Source of the DNA: Candidatus Nomurabacteria bacterium
GTDB lineage: Bacteria > Patescibacteriota > Minisyncoccia > Phycocordibacterales > UBA9973
Direction of reading: 5' to 3'
NCBI GenBank assembly: GCA_020850295.1
Contig: JADZEV010000003.1
Location: 1-62,215 of the forward strand
DNA length: 62,215 nucleotides
Shown: positions 1-8,970 of the stretch, piece after piece
Layout of the letters: every line of letters begins with the position of its first letter
Numbering within the stretch: the first letter of the stretch is position 1
Translations under genes and position numbers: made by a program
Notes under the pieces: generated by a model
Told to the model about the DNA's origin: nothing
Database searches by the model: none
What the model saw: only the letters and a program-made list of their open reading frames with translations

Positions 1-2
1 TA

Positions 3-1223
3 GTAAAAGATTCTCCTTCAAAGAAGTCTACAGAAAATATCGACCGGGTTTTTGTACCGACAGAAAACCCTAAAAAAAGAAAAAAAACTTTTTTTGTTTT
101 ATTGATAACAGCTTTGGTTTTAGTTGGTATTTATATAGTCGGTATATACATGGCAAGAGCAGTGATAATGGTTACCGAGAGATCTATACCGTTTTCTCTA
201 GAGAATACTGTTATAGAACTTCCACATGAGACAAATAGCGACACAGAAAGGTTATCTTTCCAAACTATGACTGTTACAACTGAAATAAATAGAGAAGTTT
301 TTGGATCAGAACTAAAAGAGGTAACCGGCAAAAGCAAAGGGTCTGTTGTTTTCTTTAATGAATACTCAAAAAACAAAGAAACTATAAAATCAGGTACAAG
401 ATTAAACGGTTCAAATGGTAAACAATATCTGACTCAGCAAAGCATAACCGTTCCAGGGTATACACTAGATAGTAAAAACAAAAAAGTCCCAGGTACTTCC
501 GAGAGTGTAGCCATAATCGCAGTTGATGTTGGTTCTAGTTATAACAGCGATGGGCTATCTTTTAATGTAACGAATTTTAGTGGTAGTAAAAGAAGCCAAA
601 TATACGCTAGAAGTTTAGGGAAAATTACAGGGGGAGAATCAGGTATGAGGCATACTGTTTCAGACGCTGAAAAACCAGCTATCTTAGAATCACTGAAAAC
701 ACAATTAAATGAAAGACTAAGGAGAGAGACAAGAGCCCAAATTCCAGAACATTTGATTACTTACCCGGATCTGCAGTTTATTTCAATTGATCCTGATAGT
801 TTAAAACTTGAAGGCGAAGGTGTTAAATTCACAGCCAAAATAAAGGGTTCTTTAACCTCTTATTTAATACCAATAAAGCTTTTGGAGTCGGCAATAGCTA
901 AATCAGCATTAAGTGATCAGTCTTATTCAAATGTTTCAATAACAAACTTAGCTTCTTTAAAAGTAATTCCTGAAAGTGCTATACCTACCAACACAAAAAC
1001 TTTACCTGACAGTATTTCAATAAGCATATCTGGGGAAGGCAATATTATAACTAAAACGCCGACCCAGAGCTTAAAAGAATCTTTAATAGGAGCTCCTAGG
1101 TCTTCATTTGATAGCAAAATAGCAGTTTTTAAAGAGATTTCGTCAGCAAGATTTAAGATGTTTCCTTTTTGGTCACCATTTTTCCCAAAAGAAGAAAGAT
1201 ATATAAGGGTAGATATCAAATAG
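3..1223 (+). CDS. membrane-anchored protein with baseplate J (gp47)-like region; 5' end lies outside the window
   Basis: The frame is open from the window edge, with no stop before the TTG at 102. It has a basic stretch, one TM helix (FFVLLITALVLVGIYIVGIY) and a large external part (GSVVFFNEYS..GTRL..VPG..VAIIAVDVGSSYN..ITGG). The family call is from memory only. Confidence 0.5.
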   Translation, partial: VKDSPSKKSTENIDRVFVPTENPKKRKKTFFVLLITALVLVGIYIVGIYMARAVIMVTERSIPFSLENTVIELPHETNSDTERLSFQTMTVTTEINREVFGSELKEVTGKSKGSVVFFNEYSKNKETIKSGTRLNGSNGKQYLTQQSITVPGYTLDSKNKKVPGTSESVAIIAVDVGSSYNSDGLSFNVTNFSGSKRSQIYARSLGKITGGESGMRHTVSDAEKPAILESLKTQLNERLRRETRAQIPEHLITYPDLQFISIDPDSLKLEGEGVKFTAKIKGSLTSYLIPIKLLESAIAKSALSDQSYSNVSITNLASLKVIPESAIPTNTKTLPDSISISISGEGNIITKTPTQSLKESLIGAPRSSFDSKIAVFKEISSARFKMFPFWSPFFPKEERYIRVDIK

Positions 1224-1226
1224 TGT

Positions 1227-1255
1227 TTGACCTTTAAAGAGTGCTGTAGTATTAT
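1227..1255 (+). promoter_or_regulatory. sigma70-type promoter ahead of infA
   Basis: TTGACC (1227-1232), 17-nt spacer, TATTAT (1250-1255). Confidence 0.55.
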
Positions 1256-1269
1256 ATCCATTGCAACTC

Positions 1270-1479
1270 ATGATAGATCAGCAACAAATAATGAAGGGTG
1301 TGATCCAAGAAGCTCTTCCAAATACAATGTTCCGAGTGGAACTTGAAAATGGCGTAACTCAAGTGGCTTATTTGGCTGGGAAAATGAGATTAAATCGTAT
1401 CAAGGTTTTAGTAGGAGATAGTGTTGAAGTTCTGCAAGATCCATACGGTGGAAAAGGGCGTATTGTCAGAAGAGTTTAA
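1270..1479 (+). CDS. infA: translation initiation factor IF-1
   Basis: Motifs [36 protein letters not shown]. The ATG at 1270 aligns with the E. coli IF-1 N-terminus better than the TTG at 1261 used in the track. Confidence 0.92.
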   Translation: MIDQQQIMKGVIQEALPNTMFRVELENGVTQVAYLAGKMRLNRIKVLVGDSVEVLQDPYGGKGRIVRRV

Positions 1480-1528
1480 ATAGTATATAATAGCCCGACC
1501 TAAAAAAGGTGTCGTTTTTCTTATTTTT

Positions 1529-1639
1529 ATGAAGATTAAATCAACTGTTAAAAAAATGTGTGCTAAATGCAAAATTGTAAAACGCAATAGGCATTTGGTA
1601 GTTATTTGCGATAATCCAAAACACAAACAAAAACAATAA
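1529..1639 (+). CDS. rpmJ: 50S ribosomal protein L36
   Basis: A 36-codon ORF absent from the track: [36 protein letters not shown]. It has the canonical L36 Cys/His pattern and sits between infA and rpsM. Confidence 0.92.
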   Translation: MKIKSTVKKMCAKCKIVKRNRHLVVICDNPKHKQKQ

Positions 1640-1640
1640 T

Positions 1641-2021
1641 ATGCGTATATTAGGTATAAACATCCCGAATGAAAAAAGACTAGATATTGGACTAACCAGT
1701 TTATTTGGTGTTGGAATGGCAACAGCTTTGAGAGTTTTAGATGAAGTTAAGGTTTCTCCAGACACAAAGTCAAAAGATTTGACCATAGAACAAGAAAACG
1801 AAATCAGACGCCTTATAGAAGAAATGACAATTGAAGGTAACCTAAAAAGAGAGGTTGCCTCAAATATTAAAAGATTAAAAGACATCAAGTGCTACCGTGG
1901 TGTTCGTCACACTAAGAGACTTCCTGTTAAAGGCCAAAGAACAAAAACAAATTCTCGAACTGTTAGAGGAAATGTGAGAAATACTATGGCATCAGGTCGT
2001 CGTAAGGAGAGTAAAACATAG
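1641..2021 (+). CDS. rpsM: 30S ribosomal protein S13
   Basis: MRILGINIP...YRGVRHTKRLPVKGQRTKTNSRT, in the conserved operon position. Confidence 0.95.
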   Translation: MRILGINIPNEKRLDIGLTSLFGVGMATALRVLDEVKVSPDTKSKDLTIEQENEIRRLIEEMTIEGNLKREVASNIKRLKDIKCYRGVRHTKRLPVKGQRTKTNSRTVRGNVRNTMASGRRKESKT

Positions 2022-2024
2022 CAT

Positions 2025-2459
2025 ATGGGAAAGAAAAGAATTGCAACTCAAGAAGGACAATTGGTGGACGCTGACAAGAGAAGTCGCGCTACTGGTCGCG
2101 CACCAAAGAAAAAGCTTACTACTTGCATTTTGGCAATAGAATCTACTTTTAATAATACAAAAGCAGTAGTTAGTGACCCTAAAGGAAATGTTTTGTTTTG
2201 GTCTTCTGCTGGATCATTAGGATTTAAAGGTGCAAAAAAAGGAACTCCTTTTGCTGCATCAAAAGTAGGAGAGGTTCTATCTGAAAAAGCGGTTGCAGCT
2301 GGTATCAAAGAAGCTCACGCTGTAGTTGTAGGAGTTGGTTCTGGTCGGGAGCCACTTATCAGAGCATTCGTTGCTCCTGGTATTGATCTTTTATCAATTA
2401 AGGATCGAACACCTGTCCCACACAACGGTCCTAAACCTAAGAAACCTCGAAGAGTATAA
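2025..2459 (+). CDS. rpsK: 30S ribosomal protein S11
   Basis: FNNT..WSSAGSLGFKGAKKGTPFAA...IKDRTPVPHNGPKPKKPRRV. An AAGGAG Shine-Dalgarno lies upstream. Confidence 0.95.
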   Translation: MGKKRIATQEGQLVDADKRSRATGRAPKKKLTTCILAIESTFNNTKAVVSDPKGNVLFWSSAGSLGFKGAKKGTPFAASKVGEVLSEKAVAAGIKEAHAVVVGVGSGREPLIRAFVAPGIDLLSIKDRTPVPHNGPKPKKPRRV

Positions 2460-2462
2460 AAT

Positions 2463-3074
2463 ATGAAAACAGTTGCAAAATACAAAATGTGTCGTCGTCT
2501 CGGTTCTGGTGTGTTTGAAAAATGTCAAACACAAAAGTTTGCTGCAGTTGAACAGAAAACTGTTCGAGGTGGAGCAAACGCGAAAAGACCTAAAGCACCA
2601 TCTGGTTTCGGTCTTCAACTTTTAGAAAAACAAAAAGTAAGATTTTCATACGGTATAAGTGAGAGACAGCTACAAAATTATGTTAAAGCCGCTTCTCATG
2701 TTAAAGGTATGCCTGTTACAGATAAACTCCATGAGATACTAGAAACTAGACTAGACAACACTGTTTATCGTCTAGGATTTGCTCCAACAAGGAGACAAGC
2801 TAGACAAATGACTTCTCATGGTCACTTTACTGTAAATGGCAAGAAATCTACTATTCCATCTCAACAACTTCATGTTGGAGATGTTATAGCGGTTCGAGAA
2901 GGCTCAAAAGGATCTGCATTATTTACTGACTTTGCCAAAAAGGTAAAAGATATGATCATACCGAACTGGCTAAAGTTAAAACCAGATCAAATGTCAGCTG
3001 AAGTGGTTGCTAAACCAAAAAACGAGGAACAATTCCTCAAGTTCGAAACAGTACTTGAGTTCTATAGTCGATAA
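2463..3074 (+). CDS. rpsD: 30S ribosomal protein S4
   Basis: YKMCRRLG.., RLDNTVYRLGFAPTRRQARQMTSHGHFTVNGK (S4 domain). Confidence 0.95.
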   Translation: MKTVAKYKMCRRLGSGVFEKCQTQKFAAVEQKTVRGGANAKRPKAPSGFGLQLLEKQKVRFSYGISERQLQNYVKAASHVKGMPVTDKLHEILETRLDNTVYRLGFAPTRRQARQMTSHGHFTVNGKKSTIPSQQLHVGDVIAVREGSKGSALFTDFAKKVKDMIIPNWLKLKPDQMSAEVVAKPKNEEQFLKFETVLEFYSR

Positions 3075-3088
3075 AATAGGACACAAAG

Positions 3089-3117
3089 TTGCACAAATTA
3101 CAAAATAATTGTATTAT
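3089..3117 (+). promoter_or_regulatory. candidate internal promoter for rpoA (leaderless geometry)
   Basis: TTGCAC (3089-3094), 17-nt spacer, TATTAT (3112-3117). The -10 ends 8 nt before the rpoA ATG. Confidence 0.4.
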
Positions 3118-3125
3118 TTATTTCT

Positions 3126-4121
3126 ATGAGTCAGCAAACAATCATACTTCCATCAAAACCAAAAGCAGTATTAGAAGAAGGATCTAAAGGTGTGTACGAG
3201 ATAGACGGTCTTGTACCAGGATACGGATACACCCTTGGAAACTCACTGAGACGAATTATATTATCTTCACTTATGGGTGCAGCGGTTACAGCTGTGAAAA
3301 TCGATGGTGTAAGTCACGAATTCGCAACAATCGATGGTGTAAAAGAAGATGTTATCGTTATCCTTCTAAATCTTAAAAACATTCGTTTTAACTTAACAGG
3401 AGATGAAGCACAAAAAATAACTCTTTCTGCAAAAGGACCGAAAGTTATAACTGCTGCTGATATGAAATCAAACTCTTTTGTTGAAGTTATGAATCCTGAG
3501 CAATATATCTGCGAAATAACAGGTAAAGCTTCTTTGGACATTGAACTAACTATTGAAAAGGGTTTGGGTTTTGTTTCTAAAGACCAACATCATAAACAAA
3601 AAGCTGAAATAGGAACTATCTTCCTTGACGCTATTTTTTCTCCTATCAGAAGAGTTAGCTACGATGTAGAAGAAATGCGTGTTGGCGACAAAACAAACTT
3701 CAACAGACTAAGAATGACTATAGAGACAGATGGAACTATTTCTCCTAGAGAAGCTCTAGAGAAGTCAGTATCTACAATGATAGAACAACTAGCAGCTATC
3801 GTTTCTGTTAATAGTCAAGAAATAATCGATGAAGTGCAGGCGACTTTTGAAAAACCAATGACGACAGAAGAGAAAGCACCTTCTATGTCTTCAGATGATG
3901 ACTCTGGTGAAGATGTAACTGATGTTTTGAAAAATCGTATTGATACTATTGGCCTATCGACTCGAACACTAAACGCTCTTTCAGCTGCAAATATTAGAAC
4001 AGTTGGAGGTATTGCTAGAAAGAAAGTAGAAGACCTTCTAGAGATTGATGGTATAGGGGATAAGGGTATTTCTGAAATAAAAGAGATTTTGGCACAGTTT
4101 AACTTGTCACTAAAGGATTAA
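3126..4121 (+). CDS. rpoA: DNA-directed RNA polymerase subunit alpha
   Basis: N-terminal domain GYGYTLGNSLRRILLSS and C-terminal domain LSTRTLNALSAANIRTVGG (HhH), with operon context. Confidence 0.95.
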   Translation: MSQQTIILPSKPKAVLEEGSKGVYEIDGLVPGYGYTLGNSLRRIILSSLMGAAVTAVKIDGVSHEFATIDGVKEDVIVILLNLKNIRFNLTGDEAQKITLSAKGPKVITAADMKSNSFVEVMNPEQYICEITGKASLDIELTIEKGLGFVSKDQHHKQKAEIGTIFLDAIFSPIRRVSYDVEEMRVGDKTNFNRLRMTIETDGTISPREALEKSVSTMIEQLAAIVSVNSQEIIDEVQATFEKPMTTEEKAPSMSSDDDSGEDVTDVLKNRIDTIGLSTRTLNALSAANIRTVGGIARKKVEDLLEIDGIGDKGISEIKEILAQFNLSLKD

Positions 4122-4152
4122 TCTGGTAGGCTATTTCCACTAAATAACATTT

Positions 4153-4509
4153 ATGAGACACCATAACGCAAACAGAACATTTGGACGAAGCAAGAACGAA
4201 AGAAGCGCTCTTCTAAAGGGTCTTGCTGCTTCTTTGATAGAACACGGTAGTATTTTAACTACTGAAGCAAAAGCTAAAGAACTTCGACCAAAAGTAGAGA
4301 AGATGGTGACTAAAGCAAAAAACCCAACTTTATCAAACCGAAGACTTCTTCTTTCTTCTTTATACAACAACACAGAAGTTGTAGATAAACTTATCGGAGA
4401 AGTTGCTCCAAGCTTTAAAGAAAGAGCTGGTGGATACACTCGTATAACAAAAATAGTTCAAAGAAAAGGAGATGCTAGTAAAATGGCAGTAATAGAATTT
4501 GTAAAATAA
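4153..4509 (+). CDS. rplQ: 50S ribosomal protein L17
   Basis: MRHHNANRTFGRSKNERSALLKGLA...GGYTRI. Confidence 0.95.
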   Translation: MRHHNANRTFGRSKNERSALLKGLAASLIEHGSILTTEAKAKELRPKVEKMVTKAKNPTLSNRRLLLSSLYNNTEVVDKLIGEVAPSFKERAGGYTRITKIVQRKGDASKMAVIEFVK

Positions 4510-4514
4510 AATTT

Positions 4515-4862
4515 ATGGAATACACAGTAGATGCAACAAATAAATCACTAGGAAGAGTAGCTACAGAAGCAGCGGCTCTTTTGATGGGGAAAAATAATAC
4601 TGACTTTGTTCGCAACGCTACTCCAGGTGTTACAGTTCGACTTACAAATGCTTCAAAAATAAAAATCCCTAACCAAAACAAAATGCTTGAGAAAACATAC
4701 AACTCTTTCTCAGGTTATCCAGGTGGTCTTAAACAAAGCACTATGGCTCATGTTATTAGTAAAAAGGGCTACTCTGAAATACTGACACAAGCTGTTAAAG
4801 GAATGCTTCCAAAAAACAAATTACAAAATACCCTTATGAAGCACTTGATAGTTACAGAATAA
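4515..4862 (+). CDS. rplM: 50S ribosomal protein L13 (short form)
   Basis: A..SLGRVATEAAALLMGKN and GMLPKNKL motifs, followed by rpsI. Confidence 0.9.
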   Translation: MEYTVDATNKSLGRVATEAAALLMGKNNTDFVRNATPGVTVRLTNASKIKIPNQNKMLEKTYNSFSGYPGGLKQSTMAHVISKKGYSEILTQAVKGMLPKNKLQNTLMKHLIVTE

Positions 4863-4867
4863 ATTTT

Positions 4868-5272
4868 ATGGAAAAAACAAAGAAAAATTATATAGAAAGT
4901 ATCGGCCGAAGAAAAACATCAACTGCGCGTGTTCGAATGACACCGGCTTCGAAGCAATCTTTTGAAATTAATGAGAAAGACCTAGCTACTTATTTCCCAA
5001 CACCAGCACTTCAAAAAGTTATCAGTGATGCTTTTGCAACTACAGAGAACAAAGGTCACTATGCTATATCAGTTCATGTAAGTGGTGGAGGTATCTCTTC
5101 TCAAGCAGAAGCTGTAAGACACGGTATTTCTCGTGGACTAGTAAAGGAAGAAGAATCTAACAAAAGTCCTCTTAAAAAAGCAGGTTATCTTAAAAGAGAT
5201 CCTAGGGTTAAAGAAAGACGCAAATTCGGTCTCAAGAAAGCTCGTAAGGCTCCACAGTGGAGTAAGCGTTAG
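4868..5272 (+). CDS. rpsI: 30S ribosomal protein S9
   Basis: GRRKTSTARV...GGGISSQAEAVRHGISRGL...RKFGLKKARKAPQWSKR. Confidence 0.95.
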   Translation: MEKTKKNYIESIGRRKTSTARVRMTPASKQSFEINEKDLATYFPTPALQKVISDAFATTENKGHYAISVHVSGGGISSQAEAVRHGISRGLVKEEESNKSPLKKAGYLKRDPRVKERRKFGLKKARKAPQWSKR

Positions 5273-5274
5273 AA

Positions 5275-5301
5275 AAAAGCTTCCCTCTGGAAGCTTTTTT
5301 T
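5275..5301 (+). terminator. intrinsic terminator after rpsI
   Basis: Stem AAGCTTCC, loop CTCT, stem GGAAGCTT, followed by a T run. Confidence 0.8.
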
Positions 5302-5334
5302 ATTTATCTTGTTGTGTATAATCTTTAGAAAATT

Positions 5335-5544
5335 ATGGACAAAAGTAGACTTCCAGTAAACTGGTATACAGAAAAAAGGGAGTCTGTAAAAATAATCTAC
5401 AAATGTACAGATTGTAAGACTCCTAATATAAAATACCAACCATATCCTGAGAATCCACAAAATACAGACCATAGACAGTATTGTTGGTGGTGTAAAAAAA
5501 TATCTAATCATAAACAATTACTCCCACCCAAAAAAGAGTTATAA
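5335..5544 (+). CDS. small zinc-ribbon-like protein, unknown function
   Basis: 69 aa with CxxC (CTDC) and a distal CxxC (CWWC). TATAAT lies 12 nt upstream. No family recognised. Confidence 0.5.
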   Translation: MDKSRLPVNWYTEKRESVKIIYKCTDCKTPNIKYQPYPENPQNTDHRQYCWWCKKISNHKQLLPPKKEL

Positions 5545-5587
5545 AAGACTCTTTTTTTATTACAAAAAATAAGTATAATGAGCTCGT

Positions 5588-6148
5588 ATGGACGAAGAAC
5601 AAGATATTACTATTGAAGAAGAAATAGAACCTACTACAGAAGAAGGTCAGGTTTTCTCTGGTGATCAAAAAATAAAAGAACTTAAAGAAAAGATTAAAGA
5701 ACTCCAAAAAGAAAAACAAGAATACCTAGATGGCTGGCAACGCTCTCGTGCAGACTATGCAAATCTACAAAAATCCTCTGAAGAAGAGCGCAAAAGAGTT
5801 CGTGCTTTGATAGAAGAGAGCTTTATCGAAGAGCTCCTTCCAACAGTAGATAGTTTTCTAATGGCCATGAGCAACAAAGAAGCTTGGGAGAAAGTAGATC
5901 CTGCTTGGAGGACAGGGGTAGAGTATATCTATAACCAACTTATGGGAACGCTGGAGTCACACGGGCTTAAAATATTTGGAGAAGTAGGAGATGCATTTGA
6001 TCCATTAAAACATGAGGCCGTAGGAGAGGAGGTTACAGAAGACAAGAAGCTTGACCACACCATAGCAAAAGTAAACCAAAAAGGCTTTATGCTTGGGGAA
6101 TCAATACTAAGACCTGCAAGAGCTATTGTTTACACAATAAAAAAGTAA
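5588..6148 (+). CDS. grpE: nucleotide exchange factor GrpE
   Basis: Acidic/coiled N-terminus, DGWQRSRADYANLQK and LLPTVDSF motifs. TATAAT ends 8 nt before the ATG. Confidence 0.9.
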   Translation: MDEEQDITIEEEIEPTTEEGQVFSGDQKIKELKEKIKELQKEKQEYLDGWQRSRADYANLQKSSEEERKRVRALIEESFIEELLPTVDSFLMAMSNKEAWEKVDPAWRTGVEYIYNQLMGTLESHGLKIFGEVGDAFDPLKHEAVGEEVTEDKKLDHTIAKVNQKGFMLGESILRPARAIVYTIKK

Positions 6149-6156
6149 AGCTAATT

Positions 6157-6687
6157 TTATTTAACCAGATCTAAAAATGCTTTTTTGGTTTCAGTGTCTA
6201 TGTTGTCAGTAACAAAAACCATGAGTTCTGTAGTTAGCTCAAAATCTTTTTTGATATTTGTAAAAAGATGCTCATAAGGAAAAGGGGAGATCCAAACACT
6301 ATTTTTGAGGCACACAAAACCTGCTTTTTTTAGAAGGTATCTTAGTGACTCTCTTTTATCTTTTCTAGATTCTGGTAAGTCCAAAATTACTATTCGCCAT
6401 TTACCATCCCAAGAAGGACTAACTAAACCATTGTCGTTGTCTAGCTTAAGACTGTTTAACTTCTTTTTGCCTTCTTTTGTCAGTCTTGCGTATTGATTTT
6501 GACCAGAGAAATTTTGTTCAACTAAACCCGCCTCAGTAAGACCCTTTAAAGAGCGAGAAATGGCTGTTTTAGAGGTTTTTTTATCTTTTTTAGAGTCTAC
6601 TCTTTCTACTATTTCAGGCACCGAAATAGCCGGTTTTTCTGCCAAAAGCTTCAATATTTTCTTAGAAAATGAGTTTTTATTTGACAT
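6157..6687 (-). CDS. winged-helix transcriptional regulator with PaaX-C/Cas2-like C-terminal domain
   Basis: N-terminal wHTH (ISVPEIVERV..ISRSLKGLTEAGLV), and C-terminal WDGKWRIVILDLPE..R..LR..LKKAGF..L..SVWISP pattern typical of the PaaX family. Called from memory. Confidence 0.5.
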   Translation of the reverse strand: MSNKNSFSKKILKLLAEKPAISVPEIVERVDSKKDKKTSKTAISRSLKGLTEAGLVEQNFSGQNQYARLTKEGKKKLNSLKLDNDNGLVSPSWDGKWRIVILDLPESRKDKRESLRYLLKKAGFVCLKNSVWISPFPYEHLFTNIKKDFELTTELMVFVTDNIDTETKKAFLDLVK

Positions 6688-6794
6688 AAGAATATCGTAT
6701 CAGGTATATTATAGATATACAAGTATTTTGCGGTCGCGAAATATATGCTGTTTTACTGAAAATACTTTATTATTAAAATAATTTTTTAAAAAAT

Positions 6795-8693
6795 ATGGGA
6801 AAAATAATTGGAATTGACTTAGGAACTACAAACAGTGCTGTTGCTATCATCGAAGGTGGTCAGCCAAAAATTGTCGAAAATATTGAAGGATCTCGAACTA
6901 CTCCTTCTATTGTTGCTATTGGAAAAAATGGCGATAGACTTGTTGGTCTTTTGGCTAAAAGACAATCAGTAACAAATCCTCAAAATACTATCTACGGTAT
7001 CAAGCGTTTTATGGGTCACAAATATGATGACCATGGTATGGAAAAAGTTATCAAAACTTCTCCTTTCAAAGTTTCCAAAGGCTCTGATGGCGGAGCATTA
7101 GTAAAACTATCTGATAAAGATTACAGACCAGAAGAAGTTTCAGCTATGATTTTACAAAAAATCAAAACAGATGTTGAAAGCAAACTTGGTGAAAAAGTTA
7201 CCGAAGCTATCATCACAGTACCAGCTTACTTTAATGATGCACAGAGAAAAGCCACTAAAGACGCTGGGGCTATCGCTGGACTAGATGTAAAGCGCATCAT
7301 CAACGAACCAACAGCTGCGGCTCTTGCTTATGGGTTTAACAACAAGAAAAATGAAAAAATTGTTGTTTATGACTTTGGAGGTGGAACATTTGATGTTTCA
7401 GTTCTAGAAGTTACCGAAGATGTTATTGAAGTTAAATCTACAGATGGAGACTCACTGATGGGAGGCCGAGATATTGACCTAAAGATCATAAACTGGATCG
7501 CTGAAGAGTTTAAAAAGTCTTCTGGTGTAGATGTTTCAAAAGACCCTCTAGCGCTACAACGACTCGATGAAGCTGCAGAAAAAGCAAAGATTGAACTCTC
7601 TACAACAACTGAAACTGAAATAAACATTCCATTTATCACTTCTACTGATGCTGGACCACAACACTTACTCTTAAAACTAACTCGTGCAAAACTTGAAGAA
7701 TTAGCTGATGAATTTATAGATCGCTCTATTGAGATTACAAAAAGAGCTATGGATGCTTCACCATTTAAGGCTGGAGATATAAATGAAATCATCATGGTTG
7801 GAGGACAAACTCGTATGCCAAAGATTGTTGAAGAAGTTAAAAAACTCTTTGGTAAAGAACCAAATAGATCTATCAACCCAGATGAAGTTGTAGCGCTCGG
7901 TGCTGCAGTTCAAGGTGGAGTTTTACAAGGTGATGTTAGAGATGTCTTACTCCTTGATGTTATTCCGCTATCTTTAGGGATAGAAACTATGGGAGGTGTT
8001 GCAACAAAGCTAATTGATAGAAATACAACTATACCTTCATCTAAGAGCCAAGTTTTCTCAACAGCAGCTGATAACCAAACTTCTGTAGAGATTCATATTG
8101 TTCAAGGAGAGCGACCTATGGCAGGAGATAACAAGAGTCTTGGAAGATTTGTCTTAGAAGGCATTGCTCCAGCCCCAAGAGGTATTCCTCAAGTTGAAGT
8201 ATCTTTTGATGTTGATGCAAACGGTATCCTAGCTGTTAAAGCAAAAGACAAAGCTACAGGCAAAGAACAATCTATCCGTATCGAAGCCTCTTCAGGTCTA
8301 TCACAAGAGGATATTGAAAAGATGAAAAAAGATGCAGAACTTCATGCTGATGAAGATGCAAAGAAAAAAGAACTTGTGGATACAAAAAACACTGCAGACC
8401 TTACTATCTTCACAGCTGAGAAAGCATTAACAGACCACAAAGATCAAATAACAGAAGATATCAAAAATTCTGTAGAAGAGAAAATAAAATCTCTAAGAAA
8501 TGCAAAAGATGGTTCTGACAAAGGTGCTATAGAAACTGCTATACAAGAACTCTCTACAGAAATGCAAAAGATAGGGGAAGCAGTTCAAAAAGCGAATCCT
8601 GGGCAGTCTTCTGAAGAGCATCCGCCAGCCGGCGGAGAGGGTGAAGTTAAGGATGCTGAAGCTTCAGAGTCCACAGAAGAAAACAAAGAGTAG
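6795..8693 (+). CDS. dnaK: molecular chaperone DnaK (Hsp70)
   Basis: [27 protein letters not shown] and an acidic C-terminal tail. Confidence 0.97.
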   Translation: MGKIIGIDLGTTNSAVAIIEGGQPKIVENIEGSRTTPSIVAIGKNGDRLVGLLAKRQSVTNPQNTIYGIKRFMGHKYDDHGMEKVIKTSPFKVSKGSDGGALVKLSDKDYRPEEVSAMILQKIKTDVESKLGEKVTEAIITVPAYFNDAQRKATKDAGAIAGLDVKRIINEPTAAALAYGFNNKKNEKIVVYDFGGGTFDVSVLEVTEDVIEVKSTDGDSLMGGRDIDLKIINWIAEEFKKSSGVDVSKDPLALQRLDEAAEKAKIELSTTTETEINIPFITSTDAGPQHLLLKLTRAKLEELADEFIDRSIEITKRAMDASPFKAGDINEIIMVGGQTRMPKIVEEVKKLFGKEPNRSINPDEVVALGAAVQGGVLQGDVRDVLLLDVIPLSLGIETMGGVATKLIDRNTTIPSSKSQVFSTAADNQTSVEIHIVQGERPMAGDNKSLGRFVLEGIAPAPRGIPQVEVSFDVDANGILAVKAKDKATGKEQSIRIEASSGLSQEDIEKMKKDAELHADEDAKKKELVDTKNTADLTIFTAEKALTDHKDQITEDIKNSVEEKIKSLRNAKDGSDKGAIETAIQELSTEMQKIGEAVQKANPGQSSEEHPPAGGEGEVKDAEASESTEENKE

Positions 8694-8754
8694 CACTTGA
8701 CAAAAAATTAGTGTTATGCTAACCTATATTCAGAATTTAATGGGTTAGTAAGTT

Positions 8755-8792
8755 AAAGGGTACCGGTCTTTAAGACCTGGTGCCCTTTATTC
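8755..8792 (+). terminator. intrinsic terminator after dnaK
   Basis: AAAGGGTACCGGTCT / AGACCTGGTGCCCTTT imperfect GC-rich hairpin followed by a T-rich tail. Confidence 0.7.
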
Positions 8793-8832
8793 ATTTCTAG
8801 CTTATTTATAGTTTTATGGTACAATCTCTCCC

Positions 8833-8910
8833 ATGAATAAGAAGAGAAAAATTGCGGCCAAGAAAAAACGAAAGGCAGATGGTAAAACAGTAAACCTTCG
8901 TCACAGATAA
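8833..8910 (+). CDS. candidate 25-aa Lys/Arg-rich micro-ORF (may instead be a small RNA)
   Basis: MNKKRKIAAKKKRKADGKTVNLRHR. An extended -10 TGgTACAAT (8817-8825) ends 7 nt before the ATG. A hairpin with T tail follows at 8914-8940. Confidence 0.3.
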   Translation: MNKKRKIAAKKKRKADGKTVNLRHR

Positions 8911-8970
8911 TTAAAAGCCTCCAGAAATGGAGGTCTTTTAATTGCTCATAAATGTGGTAAAATGTTGAAT

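Noticed and set aside
7367-7876. 169-aa minus-strand ORF inside dnaK. The same applies to other antisense track ORFs, such as 131-376, 923-1261, 1408-1888, 2048-2308, 9153-9416, 12312-12620, 25424-25684, 27932-28276, 36338-36553, 41200-41433 and 57037-57549.
   Set aside because: These are shadow ORFs fully embedded antisense to strongly conserved genes. They have no start or promoter context and their composition is skewed.
8690-8717. CIRCE-like inverted repeat (gTAGCACTt..N10..TAGTGTTAt) overlapping a TTGACA just after the dnaK stop.
   Set aside because: It matches only 7/9 and 6/9 positions of the consensus half-sites and has the wrong spacer length (10 rather than 9). It also lies downstream of dnaK and upstream of the dnaK terminator, where an HrcA operator makes no sense.
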